Origin: Candidatus Latescibacterota bacterium
GTDB taxonomy: Bacteria; Latescibacterota; UBA2968; UBA8231
Assembly (NCBI GenBank): GCA_965197905.1
Contig: CBDAOB010000005.1
Span: 2,464,001-2,528,000, forward strand
Direction: 5' to 3'
DNA length: 64,000 bases
Below, in pieces: positions 41,859-51,815 of the stretch (positions are counted from its first letter, which is position 1; every line of letters begins with the position of its first letter). The notes beneath the pieces were generated by a model. It was not told the DNA's origin. It searched no databases and worked only from the letters and a program-made list of their open reading frames with translations. The position numbers and the translations under genes were made by a program.

Positions 41859-43009
41859 TGAGTGAGACTCTGGGCGGCCAGCAGACGCTCGTACACGGTC
41901 TCGACGCCGCGAATCATGCGCTCGAGAGAGTAACGGGAGCGGACCTGTTCGCGGCCAGCTCGCGCCAGACGTTTCTTTCGGGTCTCATCTCCGGCGAGCT
42001 CGCAGATAGCAGCGGCAAGTGCGCAGGAATCACCGGGCGTTATCAGCATGCCGGTCCCTTGATCCTCGATGAACTCCGGTATGCCGCCGACACGGCTGGC
42101 GATGACCGGGCAGCCCGCCGCCATCGCCTCCAGCAGAGCCAGCCCCTGCCCTTCTCGCAGGGATGGCTGCACCACCAGATCGAAGGCGTGGAGCCACGGC
42201 CGCACATCCTCCACTCTTCCCAAGAATTCTACCGTTTCCTCCAGCCCCAAATGCTGGGCACGGTGCTCGAGCTCAGCCCGTAGCGGCCCGTCACCGATGG
42301 CGTAGAGTTGCACTTCAGGGAAGCGTCGCTTCACCTGGACCATGGCGTCCAACAGTACCTCGAAACCTTTCTCCGGAGTCATGCTGCCAATGGCTCCCAG
42401 GACTGGCTTTCCCGCTGTCGAGTTCCGATGGGACGGCACTCCGGATGCCGGAAAGCGCGTCAAGTCGATACCGTTTGGCACGACCGAGTAGAGAGGACGA
42501 GTTCCGATCCCGTTTTGCAAGGCATCCTCCACCACGCTGTGGCTCACGGCAATCACGGCGTCTGAGGCTCGAGCCGCCAGTTTTTCGCAAGCCAGAAGCA
42601 GGCGCCCAGCCGCGTTCTGGTCGTGGAGCTCCTGCACCCACCCGTGATAGGTGTGAACCACTACCGGAACGCCCGCGCACCTGGCCGCCAGGCGCCCGAT
42701 AAACCCTGCTTTCGAAATATGGGTATGCACGAGATGATAGCTTCCAGCACGCATCAGCTGGTAAATGGCGACAAACGCCCGCGCGTCTACCAAGGGGTCG
42801 ATCCGCCGCTGCAGAAGGGGCAGCTCCATGACCGTAATACCGCGCGATCTGGCATCGTCCAGCAGCGATCCTTCGCCGGGATCACTCTGGCCCGCAAGCA
42901 CCACTGTCTCGTATCTGCTTTTGTCCAGACCCGCAGCAAGATTCAGAACGTGGTGGGGCACCCCCCGAACGGCGAGGCGAGTGACGATCTGTAAAACGCG
43001 AACCTTCAA
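41855..43009 (-). CDS. GT4 family glycosyltransferase
   Basis: VHTHISKAG, VPNGID, EKG, EGQGLALLEAMAAG. Confidence 0.93.
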   Translation of the reverse strand: MKVRVLQIVTRLAVRGVPHHVLNLAAGLDKSRYETVVLAGQSDPGEGSLLDDARSRGITVMELPLLQRRIDPLVDARAFVAIYQLMRAGSYHLVHTHISKAGFIGRLAARCAGVPVVVHTYHGWVQELHDQNAAGRLLLACEKLAARASDAVIAVSHSVVEDALQNGIGTRPLYSVVPNGIDLTRFPASGVPSHRNSTAGKPVLGAIGSMTPEKGFEVLLDAMVQVKRRFPEVQLYAIGDGPLRAELEHRAQHLGLEETVEFLGRVEDVRPWLHAFDLVVQPSLREGQGLALLEAMAAGCPVIASRVGGIPEFIEDQGTGMLITPGDSCALAAAICELAGDETRKKRLARAGREQVRSRYSLERMIRGVETVYERLLAAQSLTQ

Positions 43010-43024
43010 GGGAACCGGTTGACC

Positions 43025-43980
43025 TCACACCCAGCCGCGGAAGAAACGCCTGATATGACGCTCCTCAACCGTGCGCCCGCCTTGGATCGCCCTGCGTTTG
43101 CGCAGGGTTTCAGGAAGCAATCGGAAGACGTCGATGTAAGCCCACATCAGCAGCGGAATCCTCCATGGGGATCGCACGATCAGAAACAGCCACAGCAGCA
43201 AATCCGCCAGCGCCAGGGCGGGCAACAGCGTGATCGCTGTGGTTCCGGAGGCGTTCTTCACGAGGGCGAGGTACCTGTTCTTGATTACGTGCCGTTGAAA
43301 CATCACCGGCTTGGAAATAAAACGTAGACGTCCGTCGAGCGAGCCGGAGCCTACGTGATGCGCCCGGGCCAGCGGATTGAAGCGCGCCTTCCAGCCGTTT
43401 AGCTGCGCGCGCCAGGCCAGGTCGATGTCTTCGCAGTAAGCAAAAAACTCTCGTCGAAAATCTCGCCTTCCAGACGGACAGAGTCTAGCATTTCACCGCG
43501 GCAAAGCAACGCCGCCCCGGTGCATCCAAACACCTCCTCGTCTTTTCTCAAATTCGAGCTTGGTCGAATACGGAGCGGGCGCCTCATGGAGAACCCGCCG
43601 TTGAGCTCTTCGCGAGTCGCTTCCTGATAGATCAGGCCTGTGGTCGACCCGGTGTCCGGAGATCGCTCGAGCGTAGCTAGACTTTCGGCGATAAAATCCG
43701 GTCCGAGGAAAACATCTGTATTGAGTATCAGAATAAAACGGCTTCGACAGGCGGCGATGGCTCGATTGTAACCCGCAGCGAAACCCTCGTTCCGTCCATT
43801 CTCGATCAGCTCCACCTCGGGATGATGGCGCCGAATCCACTCCCTGGAACCATCTGTGGAGCCGTTGTCGACCACTACGATCTGCGAAGGAGGATGGGAC
43901 TGCTCAAAGAGTGATTGCAGGCATCTGGGAACGAATTCCAATCCGTTCCAGTTTGCCAGCGCTACCGCTACATCTCCCAT
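43025..43980 (-). pseudogene. GT2 family glycosyltransferase, frameshifted in a T run (43442-43447)
   Basis: VDNGSTDGS, LNTD; adding one T gives FDESFFAYCEDIDLAWRA, open to the stop at 43025. Confidence 0.85.
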
Positions 43981-43989
43981 GCGCGGGAA

Positions 43990-45219
43990 TCAGGACTGCT
44001 GTTCTACCTGAGCTCCGCTCCTCAGGCTCTTGACCTCGGAGAGGTCTTTTTTGAAGCGTTCGAATTCCTCCGCGATCTTCGCACGACGCACCTCGCCCGC
44101 GCGCGACATAGATTGCAAGTACCGTTGCGTAGCCACGAAGAAATGCTCGTCAAACTGCTTCCAATCCCCGCTTTTCGCCGCCGTCTTGGCATTCTTCCAG
44201 CTCAACCTCGCCATGCGGTGAAGATAACCGCGTTGGATCTCGTTCACCTCGCGAATCGCATTCAGCGCTTCGCCGGAGCTCGTCCGTTGATACACCATCG
44301 CCAAAGCGGCGAACGCATGTTCGGCGTTGTACTGCAGCTTTCTTCGACTGACCGTTTCTCGCTCGGCCGCGTTCAGGTATATCTTTCCGAGCGCCAGGAG
44401 GCCGGCATTGACCCGAGTTGAGATCTTGCCGATACGCAAGAGATCCCCACGCGCGCTCATGGTTGTTCCTTCCCGCTTGGTCCTCAGCATGGTATTGGCG
44501 CGCTCGACCCTCACCTGCGCTTCCATCAGGGACGACTCGTGCACCGTGACCAGATCCTTCATGGCTCGAATGGAGTCTCTGGCAGTCACCGCCAACCCGA
44601 GATTGTGGCTGGCAATCTTCAGCGCTTCCTTGAAGTAGGTGGTGAGGAACTCAGTGCCGACGTTTTCCAAACCTTCGCTCAGCTGAGCTTCCCGGTAGAG
44701 CGCCATCGCAAGAAACTCGCTGGCTCGCTCCAATGCGGTCTCGGTCGGACGGATGCCGTAAAACTCCTTCTTCGCCAATTCGATGTAATAAAGGGAGTTG
44801 TTGGGAACCACCTTACCCTCGGATCTTTGCCGGGTTACGTAGGCGCTCTCCCGTTTCGACCCCACCTCGAGCACTTGATCGAAATAGGTATCGAGTTTCG
44901 CTTCGCTGTTGATGTAGGTGCAAAGGTCAGCCATCCATGGCAGATCCAGGGATTTGGGGGTCTCTTTGATCTGCTTGAGCAGAATCAGCGTCATTTCCTG
45001 TCGGTGTCGCCGCTCCTCTTCCTGACGCTGTTCCAGCGTGTCGACCGGCTCAGGTTCGGGTTTCGCGACCGCGACCTTCTTTTTGGCGGCGGTTTTCGAC
45101 TTGGCCTTCGCGGCCGGTGACGCATCCTCGCTCAACAGGCTCACGACAAACAGACCAACGGCGCCGAGAATAAAAACCACGCCGACAATTAGAATTATGG
45201 GAGAACTTTTGGCAGCCAT
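43990..45219 (-). CDS. Hypothetical membrane-anchored, largely helical protein
   Basis: 409-aa ORF, N-terminal TM, K/A/P-rich linker. Confidence 0.75.
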   Translation of the reverse strand: MAAKSSPIILIVGVVFILGAVGLFVVSLLSEDASPAAKAKSKTAAKKKVAVAKPEPEPVDTLEQRQEEERRHRQEMTLILLKQIKETPKSLDLPWMADLCTYINSEAKLDTYFDQVLEVGSKRESAYVTRQRSEGKVVPNNSLYYIELAKKEFYGIRPTETALERASEFLAMALYREAQLSEGLENVGTEFLTTYFKEALKIASHNLGLAVTARDSIRAMKDLVTVHESSLMEAQVRVERANTMLRTKREGTTMSARGDLLRIGKISTRVNAGLLALGKIYLNAAERETVSRRKLQYNAEHAFAALAMVYQRTSSGEALNAIREVNEIQRGYLHRMARLSWKNAKTAAKSGDWKQFDEHFFVATQRYLQSMSRAGEVRRAKIAEEFERFKKDLSEVKSLRSGAQVEQQS

Positions 45220-45312
45220 TTTTTCCTGAGAAAAGCTTCGATTACAAATTTAACCTAGCGCTAAGTCGTTGGCAACAAAGCACATCACAGCTTCCGGGAC
45301 GGGCTCAACCGC

Positions 45313-45342
45313 TTGACATATTCGGCCTCCCCGGAGTATATA
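45313..45342 (+). promoter_or_regulatory. sigma70 promoter of mpl
   Basis: TTGACA-18 nt-TATATA ending 5 nt before the ATG. Confidence 0.55.
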
Positions 45343-45347
45343 GCGTC

Positions 45348-46778
45348 ATGTTCGTCAAACCGGGTGGGCACATTCATTTCATCGCCGCTTGCGGCACCGC
45401 CATGGCTTCGTTGGCCTCGCTGTTGAAGCAGCGCGGTTATCGGATCACTGGCTCTGACCAGCATGTCTATCCTCCCATGAGCGAATACCTTCGTCGCCAA
45501 GAGATCGAGATCGAGAGTGGATTCTACGGGGAGCGTCTCTCGCCCCCTCCCGACCTGGTCGTCGTCGGAAACGCGGTTTCTCGGGGAAACCCGGAGGTTG
45601 AAGCTACGCTGGATGGCCGCGTGCCGTACATGTCGCTTCCGGAGGCACTCAGAGAATTTTTTCTGCGCGAGAAGCGTCCGATCGTGGTCGCGGGAACCCA
45701 TGGCAAGACCACAACGACGGCGATCACCGCGCATATCCTCTCTTCCAGTGGCCTTGACCCCTCTTTTCTCATCGCCGGCTTGCCGCGCAAAAACGGAGAG
45801 CCCTGCCACCTTGGAAGTGGGGACCATTTCGTCATCGAAGGCGACGAATACGACAGCGCTTTCTTCGCCAAGTTTCCCAAATTTATCTACTACATGCCCG
45901 AGATTCTCGTTCTGACGGGCATCGAGTTCGACCACGCCGACATCTATAAAGACGTCTCCGAGATCGAGAAAGCATTTGCGCAGCTGATAAATACCGTACC
46001 TGGGAGCGGCTTGCTGTTGGCGACAGAAGGAAACGTGCGCGTGGCAGGGCTGGCGCTGAAATCCTTCGCGCCGGTGCAGTCGTTCGGATTCTCGGCAGGC
46101 GCGTATTGGCGCGCGATCGATCTGGTCTCCACTCCGGGCGTGACTACCTTTTCGATTCTTCGGGAGGAAAAGCTCGAGGGCGACTTCGAGCTTCCTCTCA
46201 ACGGGACCTACAACGTATGTAACGCGCTCGCGGCAGTAGGTGCCGCTACAGCGGCCGGCGCGCCGATGGAGGCGATCCGCGATGCCCTCGCTTCGTTCGC
46301 CGGGGTCTCACGTCGACAGGAGGTGTTGGGCACGGTGAACGGCATAACAGTCATGGACGACTACGCTCATCATCCCACCGCCGTGGCGGAAACTCTTGGC
46401 GGACTGCGCGAGGTCTACCCCGACCGTCGCCTGTGGGCGGTCTTCGAGCCGGCCAGCGCCACCAACGCCCGAGCCCTTTTCGAAGAGCGCTACATCGATG
46501 CGTTTGCCGCTGCCGATCGCGTCGTCATGACAAAGGTCCCGCGTCCAGAGCGGGCCCGCGACGACCCCCCGATGGATGCGGCTCGAGTCGTCGATGCCCT
46601 GGCCAGCCGGGGCATCAGATCCGTTTACCTTCCCGATCCCGAACAGGTTGTCGCTCACCTCCTGCAGAAGGTCGATTCGGGCGACCTCGTCATATTCATG
46701 AGCAACGGTGGTTTCGGCGGTATTCAGAAACTCACCTTGCAATCACTGAGGGAAGCGTTTGAACCGACGCGAAGATAG
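45348..46778 (+). CDS. mpl: Murein peptide ligase (MurC/Mpl family)
   Basis: HIHFIAACGTAM, YPPMS, GTHGKTTT, IEGDEYDSAFF.K.PKF, DDYAHHPTA, MSNGGFGG. Confidence 0.93.
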   Translation: MFVKPGGHIHFIAACGTAMASLASLLKQRGYRITGSDQHVYPPMSEYLRRQEIEIESGFYGERLSPPPDLVVVGNAVSRGNPEVEATLDGRVPYMSLPEALREFFLREKRPIVVAGTHGKTTTTAITAHILSSSGLDPSFLIAGLPRKNGEPCHLGSGDHFVIEGDEYDSAFFAKFPKFIYYMPEILVLTGIEFDHADIYKDVSEIEKAFAQLINTVPGSGLLLATEGNVRVAGLALKSFAPVQSFGFSAGAYWRAIDLVSTPGVTTFSILREEKLEGDFELPLNGTYNVCNALAAVGAATAAGAPMEAIRDALASFAGVSRRQEVLGTVNGITVMDDYAHHPTAVAETLGGLREVYPDRRLWAVFEPASATNARALFEERYIDAFAAADRVVMTKVPRPERARDDPPMDAARVVDALASRGIRSVYLPDPEQVVAHLLQKVDSGDLVIFMSNGGFGGIQKLTLQSLREAFEPTRR

Positions 46779-47721
46779 CACTCCGCTCAAGCCGAGGGTT
46801 CTGCGAAACGGCGATCGGGTCGCACTCATAGCGCCGTCGCGTCCGTCCTCCACTGATGCGATCGACCGCGCTGTTCATCATATTGAGCAACGCGGATACG
46901 AGGTGGTTTGTGGGTCCCATATCAAAGCTCGCTATGGCTACCTGGCGGGCAGCGACGAGCAACGCGCCGGCGATCTGAACTGGGCGTTCCAGGACCACCT
47001 GACTCAGGCGATCATCTGCGCCCGTGGCGGGTATGGCAGTGGTCGGATCCTAGATCGCGTGGACTACGATCTGGTTGCCGCCAATCCGAAGATCCTAGTC
47101 GGTTTCAGCGACACCACCGCCCTGCAGCTGGCCTTACTGCGCAAGTCGGGGCTGGTCTCGTTCTCGGGGGCCCTCGCCGGCCTCGACATCCGTCGCGACG
47201 GAGAATCGAGCAGCACGCTGAGAAATCTTTGGAGGGCGGTGGAATCGGCCGAACCATTGGGGCCAGTATCATCGAAAGGAGGCCGCGTTCATGTCTGGAA
47301 CCAGGGCCGCTGTAGCGGACCGTTGCTGGGTGGTTGTCTCGCGCTTGTCTGTTCGTTGCTGGGCACCGAGTATCAGCCAGATTTTGATGGCGCGGTACTC
47401 CTGCTGGAAGACATAGGCGAAGATCCCTACCGCGTCGATCGAATGTTTAACCAGCTCCGATTGGCGGGGATCCTCAAGCAGATCTCGGGTTTGGCACTGG
47501 GCCGTTTCAGAGGATGTTTCACAAGAGCGGCCGTGCCCGATTCTTTCACTCTCGAAGAGATCGTTTGTGATCATTTGGCGGGTATTCAGATCCCCGTAGT
47601 GGCCAACCTTCCGTACGGCCACTATAGAACGCGGGTTGTGGTACCGTTTGGAGTAAACGCCGTGCTCGACACCGATTCGCGCAACCTGCAGATCACCGAG
47701 TCCGCCTTTTCCACCGCTTAA
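46759..47721 (+). CDS. LD-carboxypeptidase (peptidase S66)
   Basis: RGGYGS, GFSDTTAL, GGCL, LEDIGE, YGH. Confidence 0.92.
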   Translation: MNRREDSTPLKPRVLRNGDRVALIAPSRPSSTDAIDRAVHHIEQRGYEVVCGSHIKARYGYLAGSDEQRAGDLNWAFQDHLTQAIICARGGYGSGRILDRVDYDLVAANPKILVGFSDTTALQLALLRKSGLVSFSGALAGLDIRRDGESSSTLRNLWRAVESAEPLGPVSSKGGRVHVWNQGRCSGPLLGGCLALVCSLLGTEYQPDFDGAVLLLEDIGEDPYRVDRMFNQLRLAGILKQISGLALGRFRGCFTRAAVPDSFTLEEIVCDHLAGIQIPVVANLPYGHYRTRVVVPFGVNAVLDTDSRNLQITESAFSTA

Positions 47722-47746
47722 GGCTTCGCTCCCCAATGCCGAAGAA

Positions 47747-48646
47747 TTGCACATGACAATGCGGTTTTTCTCGCTTGCAATTTGCGCCCTTTCCCTTGCC
47801 GGACCTTTGGCCGCTCAAGACCCTCACATTGCACGTCTCGCAGAGGAGTTGGAGAGCCCGAACGTCGCACTCCGCCGTCAGGCAGTGAAAAGCTTGGGTC
47901 GGGTGAGCCAGCCCCAGAGCATTACCTTGCTGAGCTCGGCGATGCAGACTGAGGAGAACGTCTCCATCCGACTCGAGATCGTGCGCGCCCTCCGCAATAT
48001 CGCGTTCCTTCGCGATCCGGGGTTCAGGCAGGCGCTGGGTGCCATCGCCAACGCCGCGGACGAGGCGGAGGAAGAGGATCACCTGGTGCGTTTGCGAGCC
48101 ACCGAAGCGCTTTGGGAAGCGGGCCGCAAAGACCTTCTCGATCCAGTTCCCTTTCTCGATCGCGGGCTTTCCGACCCCAGTCCCCGCCTGCGGCTAGCTG
48201 CGGTGCAGATGCTGCGCAAGCTGGGCACCCCCGAAACCATCGATCCGCTGGGTCGCGCCGCCAACGACCCCGATCAACCGGACACGATCAGGCTCAAGGC
48301 GATTGAGGCCATCGGCGCCGTTGCCCTCATGGATCTGGGACCCGCCGGCAGGAGTGTGGCCCAGGCGAACGTGCGCACAACGGACCTGGTCCGAGTTGCC
48401 CCCCTCGTGGATGTCAATGCGATCAGTCGCCGCCATGAGAAGCAGATCGGGTATCTCGCTGCGGTTGTGAGAGATAGCGACAATACCCCGACTTTGATAC
48501 TGCGCGCAGTGAAATCGATCGGACAGGTCAAGGACAGGTCCTCGATCCCTGTCCTGCAGGAGATCATCGAGACCCACCGCAACGAAGCTGTGCGCAAGCA
48601 AGCCACGCGGGTGCTCAGCCACGTACTTGCGCGGCAGTACGAATAA
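47747..48646 (+). CDS. Secreted HEAT-repeat protein
   Basis: Signal peptide; repeated LRxxAVxxLG units. Confidence 0.82.
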   Translation: MHMTMRFFSLAICALSLAGPLAAQDPHIARLAEELESPNVALRRQAVKSLGRVSQPQSITLLSSAMQTEENVSIRLEIVRALRNIAFLRDPGFRQALGAIANAADEAEEEDHLVRLRATEALWEAGRKDLLDPVPFLDRGLSDPSPRLRLAAVQMLRKLGTPETIDPLGRAANDPDQPDTIRLKAIEAIGAVALMDLGPAGRSVAQANVRTTDLVRVAPLVDVNAISRRHEKQIGYLAAVVRDSDNTPTLILRAVKSIGQVKDRSSIPVLQEIIETHRNEAVRKQATRVLSHVLARQYE

Positions 48647-48843
48647 CACGACCCCCAGCACCCGTACCTCATTCTTCTACGCCTCGATGTAACTCTAGGG
48701 TTGCAGTTTCGTCACCTTTGTCTCGCGCCACCGCCTGGGCTACTCGGCGAGATCCCTCACTGATCAGAGAAATGGCTCACCGGTACGGTTATTGCAATCT
48801 CCGCCCCAACTGTACTCGGAGACACGTTGAATGGAGGTGTATC

Positions 48844-49500
48844 GTGCTTTTTATTTTTATAGCGCTATTGGTCGCTGCCGGACCGACCCTCGCCGGTGAG
48901 GAGACCGTCGTTTTCAGCGAGATCATGTGGATGGGAAGTACCGGATCCACCGCTGACGAGTGGATCGAACTTCACAATCACTCAGATCGGGCAGTGGATC
49001 TCGTTGGTTGGGCGATAACCCGAATGACGGCCGAGGGCGAGCGTTTAATGTTGGCGATCGAAAGCGGAACCCTTGCCCCACGGGGCGTTTTCCTGATTTC
49101 CAATTTTGCCCCCGACGACCCGCGGTCCCGCCTCGAGGCGATACCGAATCTCGTAAGCAGTTCGGTCGCCTTGGCAAACTCGAAGTTGCAGTTGCGCCTC
49201 TATGACGGTGCGCCGTCGAGCGACGGCACCCTGGTCGACGTCGCCGATGACGGCTCGGGTGCACCGCTGGCCGGCGATCCCAAACTCAAACAATCGATGG
49301 TGCGCATCGACTTTCAGGGAGATGGCACCGAGTCTGCCCAGTGGGAGACCGCGACAGAGTCGCAGGGGTGGGATGATGACGCCTCGGAGCTCGGCACGCC
49401 CGGCTCGATGCCGGGCCATCTGATGGAATCGGCGGAGCAGGAGCGGACCGCTGTTCAGCGCGAAAGCTGGGCCGGCTTGAAGGTGAGTTTCACCAGATAG
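48844..49500 (+). CDS. Secreted lamin-tail-domain protein with C-terminal SWAxLK tail
   Basis: GGAGGT RBS and GTG; VVFSEIMW...DEWIELHN..VDLVGW; GTPG. Confidence 0.82.
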   Translation: MLFIFIALLVAAGPTLAGEETVVFSEIMWMGSTGSTADEWIELHNHSDRAVDLVGWAITRMTAEGERLMLAIESGTLAPRGVFLISNFAPDDPRSRLEAIPNLVSSSVALANSKLQLRLYDGAPSSDGTLVDVADDGSGAPLAGDPKLKQSMVRIDFQGDGTESAQWETATESQGWDDDASELGTPGSMPGHLMESAEQERTAVQRESWAGLKVSFTR

Positions 49501-49523
49501 ACTGCAACACTCGGCGGTAGGAT

Positions 49524-50456
49524 CTATCGCCGGAAGGAGCGCTTGAGGATGCCCCAGGAGGTGGCGGTTACGCTGGTCGGCCGAAAGCGCTGCTCCAGGG
49601 GCATGAGGATGACGTCGGTAAAACGATCGGCCAGCAGGTGCGCGTTCTGCCCGCCCGAGAGCGACCATCTGGCGTCGGCGATATTCGGACCGCGCGCATC
49701 GAAGTCCCAGAACTCGACGTTCACCCCGATGATCTCATCCTCAACGAGACGGTGCTCGCGGCTGAGGAAAGCGGCGCGCATGTCAACGCGATCGAAGGGG
49801 ACGAGCATGAGCTCGTAGTTTGTCACTGTCGGTCCTCCCACACCACCGCTGACTGAGTAGGACGCGGCCGTGAACGAGCCCTCCGGCAACGCATACCAGC
49901 CAGCAGCTGAAAAATTGACGAAGAAATCGTCATCTGGTGGCGGGCCGGCGATAGTGAACCATTGCGCCTGCGACCCGGTGAGCTGGAGCTGCTCTTCGGC
50001 GGTGACGTTGCGGAAATTGCCGTATTGCCCTCCAGAGTGGTCGGCGTCCAAGTAAACGCTCATGTTGTCGTCTTGCCAAATCAGCAACCCGGCTGTTCCT
50101 GAAGGCCGATCGATTTGATGAAAATCATCGGTAACCTGCGCGGCGAAGAAGAGTTTGTTTTCGTTTTTGTTCCAACCCATCCGGAGTTGAACCGAAAAAT
50201 CGTTCTCATCGAGCTCCCCGGCGTCGATCAAATCGACAAATCGCTCCGTGGCAACAAGGTAAGACTCGTCAACCATTGCCCAGTCGCCGAGATCGCCATC
50301 GATGGTAGGCACGAGGTCATCCGTGAATTGAAAAGCCTTGAACACTGTCTGCACCGGAAGATGGGGATAGGCAAGCTGGGGGAAACTGCAGAGCACAAAC
50401 CAAACGATCGCAACCTTGATCCGCAGAAATCGCGATTCAGACACGATCGAACCCAC
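49524..50456 (-). CDS. Secreted CBM9/DOMON-like sugar-binding protein with C-terminal SWGILK tail
   Basis: PTIDGDLGDW, W....LFFAAQVTDD, YLDADHSGG. Confidence 0.7.
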   Translation of the reverse strand: MGSIVSESRFLRIKVAIVWFVLCSFPQLAYPHLPVQTVFKAFQFTDDLVPTIDGDLGDWAMVDESYLVATERFVDLIDAGELDENDFSVQLRMGWNKNENKLFFAAQVTDDFHQIDRPSGTAGLLIWQDDNMSVYLDADHSGGQYGNFRNVTAEEQLQLTGSQAQWFTIAGPPPDDDFFVNFSAAGWYALPEGSFTAASYSVSGGVGGPTVTNYELMLVPFDRVDMRAAFLSREHRLVEDEIIGVNVEFWDFDARGPNIADARWSLSGGQNAHLLADRFTDVILMPLEQRFRPTSVTATSWGILKRSFRR

Positions 50457-51132
50457 TCAGTGTGCGAATACGCGTTTCGATCACCCGCATGAGTTCGGAT
50501 AGTTCCGCGTGTTCATTGGATAGAATGGGTTCGCCGACGCGGAAGAAAACCCGGGATAAGGGTCGCGAAAAACTCTCGTATTCGAGACCGATGGGAATGA
50601 TCGGTATGCGCAGTCCATGGTTCTTCTCCACATGCAGGGCGTGCTCCACGATTTCCTTCTGCAGGCTGCCCATTTCGTCTTGAAATCGCATTCCCTCGGG
50701 ATGGGAGACAATCAACTCTCCGCCGCGATACAACCATTCCAGGTAGTCCAGCGTCTTCTGATTCTTTTCCCGGGCTCCTTTAATCAACGACCTTCTGGCA
50801 TCGCGATCTTTGATCTTTCTGATGTCTTTCGGGCGCACGATCTTTATGCCACCCGGCGCCTCCAACAGACTGTAGAGTCCCGCCTTCATGACGTAGGTAG
50901 CAAGTCGTCGCGTAGCTCGGTAGAGCTGCACCCCTTCCAGGATGATATCGCGGTAGGCTCGGTGTTTCGGCAGAATGAGAGCGGTGCCTGTGTGCGGCAA
51001 AAATTCCGCGCCCTCCATCGAGACTCGATGGTACAGGAATGCCCGCGCTCCCAACCAGCGGACCGACTGCGCGACTGCATCTATCCGTCGTAACGAATAG
51101 CCGTTTTTCGATTCGGGGGCCGTCTTGTCCAT
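50437..51132 (-). CDS. PlsC-family acyltransferase
   Basis: KHRAYRD (HxxxxD-like), HPEG, IPIIPIG. Confidence 0.75.
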   Translation of the reverse strand: MDKTAPESKNGYSLRRIDAVAQSVRWLGARAFLYHRVSMEGAEFLPHTGTALILPKHRAYRDIILEGVQLYRATRRLATYVMKAGLYSLLEAPGGIKIVRPKDIRKIKDRDARRSLIKGAREKNQKTLDYLEWLYRGGELIVSHPEGMRFQDEMGSLQKEIVEHALHVEKNHGLRIPIIPIGLEYESFSRPLSRVFFRVGEPILSNEHAELSELMRVIETRIRTLSGFDRV

Positions 51133-51200
51133 TGGGCATAAAAAAGGAGGCTTGCGAAGGTAAGCCTCCCGAAGATCCCGCTGTTCGATTCGATTTCTGC

Positions 51201-51692
51201 TTATTGGAAAAGTTCCTTGATCTTGCCCCAGGTGCTCTCGTCTATCTCGGTGACAACACCCCTGTTTCCCGCTTGTGCCAGCACACGGCCCAAATCGCTT
51301 CCGGGACCGTCGGCGACTATTCGCCCATCCGCGTCGACGAGGATCGCGTGGTCATTCTCTTGAGCAAAGAAGGATTCCAGCTCTGTTGGCATTTCGATAC
51401 GCGCGGCTGCCCGGGTCATCAGCTGGTAAGACAGCTGGAGTTCGTTTTCCGAGATAGACTCTTCTCGTACAATCCCCGTCACCACAAGATCGGCGCCAAA
51501 CGGCTGGACGAGCCGCTGCAGATCCACGGCGCGCTCCCGTTGTTCCGCCTCTTCCAACGAAAAGAAATAATAGAACCGCTCGGAAGCTCCCTCGTTTCGC
51601 CTTACCCTCTCATCGCCACGGGCGCTTCCGTTAGTGACGCAGAGGAGAGCGACGGCGACAAGGGCGAGCGAATGGGGCATTCGGTGTTTCAT
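51201..51692 (-). CDS. Secreted hypothetical protein (possibly thioredoxin-like) with C-terminal STWGKIK tail
   Basis: Signal peptide, ILVDADGRI, TEIDESTWGKIKELFQ. Confidence 0.7.
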   Translation of the reverse strand: MKHRMPHSLALVAVALLCVTNGSARGDERVRRNEGASERFYYFFSLEEAEQRERAVDLQRLVQPFGADLVVTGIVREESISENELQLSYQLMTRAAARIEMPTELESFFAQENDHAILVDADGRIVADGPGSDLGRVLAQAGNRGVVTEIDESTWGKIKELFQ

Positions 51693-51815
51693 TAAGCCGA
51701 GAATTCCCTTTGGTACATGATGGTGAATCCTACGTGATAGCCCATATAATATAAGCGGTCGGGTCGGCAGCACCCAATTTTTTTTCATGTATCTTCAACT
51801 GTGATCGTAAATATA

